Source: the human T2T-CHM13v2.0 reference genome, Homo sapiens. Taken from it: a DNA stretch of 64,000 nucleotides. The position numbers and the translations under genes are program-made. Under the pieces are notes generated by a model. That model searched no databases. It was not told where the DNA came from and saw nothing but the letters and a program-made list of their open reading frames with translations. Location of the stretch: assembly GCF_009914755.1 (NCBI RefSeq), contig NC_060931.1; one strand, written 5' to 3'. Of this stretch, positions 58,151 to 64,000 are shown piece by piece; within the stretch, counting starts at the first letter, position 1; each line of letters opens with the position of its first letter.

Positions 58151-58809
58151 TCATTCTGATAACTGCAAAATTGAAACTAAGAGAATAAACAATTGGTTTT
58201 GATGAATTTCATCCTCTTTATTGTTAGAACAAGCTGAATATATTTTGATATAACTTTCTGAATATATTTTGGACTTGAGAGTATTGAAAGATTTAGCATA
58301 AATATCATAATAAGCATTTACCTCTGTAACTAAAAGCCAACCTGAATATAAAACCTCATCCCTTCCCCATGATTTCATAGACTTTATCAAATAACTTGAC
58401 CCTGTAGCATTGATTCCAGAAAATCCTTCAGCTGGCTTATTGAAACCAAACTATAATGAGAATCGCACAATTTTCGTTAGGAGTTTTTCTTTTCTGCCAG
58501 ATAATATGGCTGTCACTACATATATATATATATTCTATAGGAACAAGTACCCAAAATATGGAATTTGCAGTACTGTTTGATCTCAAAAATATCTCACTGA
58601 GGGTGTAATTTTTTTCCTTAAATCTAAGGTTCCTTTATTGTCAACCAATAAAAACCATTTTATTCTTCTAATTGAGGAACTTATGTTCAGGTATGCATCT
58701 CTGTTATTCAGTTAAATCACTATAACTTGTTTTATTGGTTTATAATATATTTGGTTTTATTTTTATATTTAAACTTAATATTATTGGTATTCATTGCATT
58801 TATTTGCAG

Positions 58810-58821
58810 TTGCATTTTAAG
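58810..58821 (+). other. Candidate 12-nt microexon (unconfirmed)
   Basis: ttatttgcAG|TTGCATTTTAAG|GTaagc, with a 96-nt AG-free zone upstream. Confidence 0.3.
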
Positions 58822-59049
58822 GTAAGCTATTTTAATTTTCCTTGTCGGTTGTCTCTAAGTTAATTATAAATTTAAGACAATTTCAATACAAAATACTAGT
58901 AAATCTTTGCATTGAACTATACAAATAAGCAAGAAAAAAAGTTTAAAAAAAACCTTTGGAAAGGAAGAGTCACAATGGACTACTAATCCTTCTAGGTATT
59001 TAAACATAAAACAACAGTCTGCAATTAAAAGTGTATATATACTCTGAAT

Positions 59050-59263
59050 CAGTGGCTCTCACATGGGCAATTTTGTCTATCTTCCTCCATAGGGACATGG
59101 TGATGTCTGCAGACATTTTTATAGCTGAGAGATGCTACTGCTGTCTTATCGGTAAAGACTAGAGGCACTGATAAAATTCTATTAATATAATGTGCAGGAT
59201 AAGCCCTAGAACAAAGAATCATCCTGCCTCAAATGTTAGTAGCGTCAAGGTTAAGAAACCCTG
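59050..59263 (+). mobile_element. MER20 (hAT-Charlie) full-length
   Basis: TIRs 'cagtggctctca' and 'ttaagaaaccctg'; degenerate 8-bp TSD CTCTGAAT / CTCTAAGT. Confidence 0.88.
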
Positions 59264-59304
59264 CTCTAAGTGGATCAGATAGCTGGAGATAGAAATAAAG
59301 TGAT

Positions 59305-59459
59305 CCACAGGAAGGGGAACATCAAACACCGGGTCCTGTCATGGGGTGGGGGGAGCGTGGAGGGATAGCATTAGGAGATACACCTAATGTAAATGATGAG
59401 TTAATGGGTGCAGCACACCAACATGGCACATGTATACATATGTAACAAACCTGCATGTT
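59305..59459 (+). mobile_element. L1PA4-like 3'UTR fragment lacking its terminal ~30 nt
   Basis: 'gggatagcattaggagatacacctaatg..gtaacaaacctgcatgtt', then the match breaks off. Confidence 0.9.
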
Positions 59460-59798
59460 TAAAAAAAGTATTTTAAAAATATATGTATGTGTTAATTATA
59501 TATTAAGTATATAATAATAAATGCACATTATATATTCAATGTTTATTATATATTTGATAAATACAATAATAATTTAAATATAATTTAATAAGTAATATTT
59601 AAAAATATTTAATAAATGAAATTATTATTTAAATAATAATTTAAATGTAATGTATATTAGATATTGAATATATTTATTAAATATATTTAATTATATTTAA
59701 ATTATTTGAATTATAATATTTATTTATTAAATATATTTAATTACTATATATCATATGTATTAAATATAGATATTTGTACACACACATACACACACACA
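59460..59798. repeat. AT-rich low-complexity island plus a short (CA)n
   Basis: Almost exclusively A/T; contains a 23-bp direct repeat. Confidence 0.9.
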
Positions 59799-59799
59799 T

Positions 59800-61640
<1,841 letters not shown>

Positions 61641-62319
61641 AAGTATCTCACAAGATATAAACAGAGGATAAAAAAGCATGCATGCAAGAGCAATGGAAGT
61701 CATTTCAGCCATAACTGAGAAATGGACATTTAAGGCTCTAAAGTCCCTACCACAGGGTTTTATTTTCTTGTTATTACAGTCCTATCCCAACAGACAACCA
61801 ATGACATACGGCTTCTTGTGAGATTCTTCTTGTTGCTCAATAATAGGTATAAAGCTTAGTGTTTACAGTAGAAAATAGGTACTAAAAAACTACTGCCATG
61901 TTCCCATTCTGGGTGAGATGGAATGAGTGTGCTTCACACTTGATCTTCCAGTGAATGCTGTCATAAAACCTGGACAGTATGCAGCCTGGAGAAACTCTTT
62001 GAAGATTGTAATGTAAATACCAGCAAGCAAATTGCAGAAGAACATCAGACTTTGAAGCCATTAAACGGTAAATGAGTTTACCATTCTCTTTCTCCTTCTT
62101 TCTGCCCCTCTCTTTCTATCTCTTTCTGTCTATAATATCTCCCACCTGAACTCAACACAGCCTGAAACTCAGAGGTGAGCACTGTGGCACAGAGTTTCAG
62201 AGAAGACCTCCTGTTCTGGCTCAGGATTGACAGAGACAACTCAACACTCAAAGGAGTGCAGAAAATCAGTGAAATTAATATGGTTATTTGAAATAATAAA
62301 TAAAGTCTTTTTTTTCTAA

Positions 62320-63020
62320 CAGAGAGGAGAAGACACATTACTAATATCAGGAATGAAAGTATAATGTCACTACAGACAAAGCAGACATTGAAAGACCCAT
62401 CACACTCAATGTATGGGCCACCTACTTATTTTCCTCTTTCATACATTTAATGCTTTACTTTTGCTGACTCAGCTTCAAGTAATAAGAACACTGTGAGCCC
62501 CTCTGCACATATAAATTTGGCAACTTTGATAAAATGAACCAGTTTCTCAAAAAAACACAAACTTGGCCGGGCATGGTGGTTCTCACCTGTAATCCCGGCA
62601 CTCTGGGGAGCAGAGGTGGGTGGATCACTTGAGCCCAGGAGTTGGATAACAGCCTGGCCAACATGATGAAACCCCATCTCTACTAAAAATACAAAAATTA
62701 GCCTGACATGGTGGTGTGCACCTGTAGTCCCAGATACTTAGGAGGCTGAGACAAGGGATTCACTTGAACCCGGGAATTGGAGATTGCAGTGAGCCAAGAT
62801 CACGCCACTGCACTCTAGCCTGGGCAACAGTGAGTGAGACTTTGTCTAAAAAATAAAAAACCCCCAAAACTACCAAATTTACTCAAGTTATATCAAATTA
62901 CAAATGTTTTCTCTGTTAAAGACACTATTTAGGGAATAAAAAGACAAGCTATAGAGTTGGAGGAAATATTTGCCAGTCACATATCTGATGAAGTACTTTA
63001 TTTGTATCCGGAATGTGTAA
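62320..63020 (+). mobile_element. Old L1M ORF2 fragments flanking an Alu
   Basis: 'actaatatcaggaatgaaag..tcactacagac', 'aaatttggcaactttgataaaatgaacc' and 'gaggaaatatttgccagtcacatatctgat'. Confidence 0.7.
62565..62860 (+). mobile_element. AluJb/Sz-like
   Basis: Full dimer with 'ggatcacttgagcccagg'. Confidence 0.94.
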
Positions 63021-64000
63021 TTAAAATCCATCGTTGTTCCTGTAATTATTTTGTCTTTAATATTGATCATCTGCATATACTAAGCAGAAAAAGGCAGCAC
63101 TATTATCTAACAGGGATTCTCCCTGCATGCCTTTTCTCCCTGGGGATTATAGGTTGCTATGTGGACTCTCCTTTTCCTCCAATAGCATGTGGTGCTTAGT
63201 GAGATACATTCATCCCTAACATGGAATTTTTAGAATGGATTACCATGAATAAAACGAAGCAAAATTGGTAAGGACACAAAAGAAGAAGCACCTACCAGTC
63301 AATTTCCAGCAGTCTTAAAAAGAGAAATAAGAGATAGCGGTATGTTTTCCTTTCAACATTTGACCTGTAGCCTGATCATTCTGAATTTCCCTTGTTGTTT
63401 ATTTTTGTGAATCATTCATGAATCTATAGAAATTTATCTTGAGTATTCTTTTTATGTTAAATATAACTAGTGACTTAAAATGCACCACCAGATGACTTTA
63501 ACAAATTCCTATTATCTGATGACCATTGTTAGGGGGGAGAAAGGGGAGACGATCTTTGCTTATAATGATGAAAACTGTGCTTTGCAAAGCACAGTTTCTG
63601 TGACTTTAGCAGCAGACAAAACTCAAATTGGATGTGAATGCATAGGTGGATGGATGTTCAAATGACAAGGCAGAGTGTAGGAAGATAAATGACCCAAGGC
63701 TACAGCCATGGTAATGTTTAAAAACAACTCAAAATCTGCCTCAGGAAAAAACCACCAGTCTCTCTGATGGCAAGCACATTTCAAGACTTATGCCAGCCTA
63801 CTGTATTTCAATGTTGATATGCCCTTTTTCAGATGCATGAGCTGATGTAAGGTAAATGTTACTGTTTTACAGAAGATAAATGACAGAGGAAAAAAATCAC
63901 ATCAATGGAAAAAACACCTGACCCTTAGTCCTAATTCTTCTTAACATCAGAAACTTTAATTTATTTGGTGGGGTCTTGCTCTGTAATATATGAATTCTGG

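Noticed and set aside
63815-63857. Possible tiny exon ccctttttcAG|19 nt|GTAAAT
   Set aside because: Not frame-preserving, with a weaker donor and a short AG-free zone; indistinguishable from background.

Overview
This is AT-rich primate (human or great-ape-like) nuclear DNA, judged from AluJ/S/Y and L1PA elements. It is dominated by interspersed repeats: about 13 Alus, four large L1s, several short or old L1 fragments, about 11 LTRs (MaLR, ERV1, ERVL), MIR/L2 relics, MER20 and MER2. I find no supportable cellular protein-coding gene, RNA gene or CRISPR-like array. The long ORFs in the track are L1 ORF1/ORF2/ORF0 remnants, Alu read-throughs or chance ORFs. I see no evidence of a new biological system. 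The strongest higher-order signal is indirect evidence that the window is a long intron of a + strand transcription unit: 10 of 11 LTRs are antisense, three sense-strand retroelements lack their poly(A)-signal ends, and a 12-nt microexon-like structure sits at 58810-58821. Other points of interest are a perfect 72-bp tandem duplication, an unexplained ~385-bp GC-rich insert inside an L1MC, strong G4 and Z-DNA tracts, and several deletion or template-switch scars. Repeat subfamily names come from remembered consensus sequences and old-repeat boundaries are approximate, so confirm both with RepeatMasker/Dfam.
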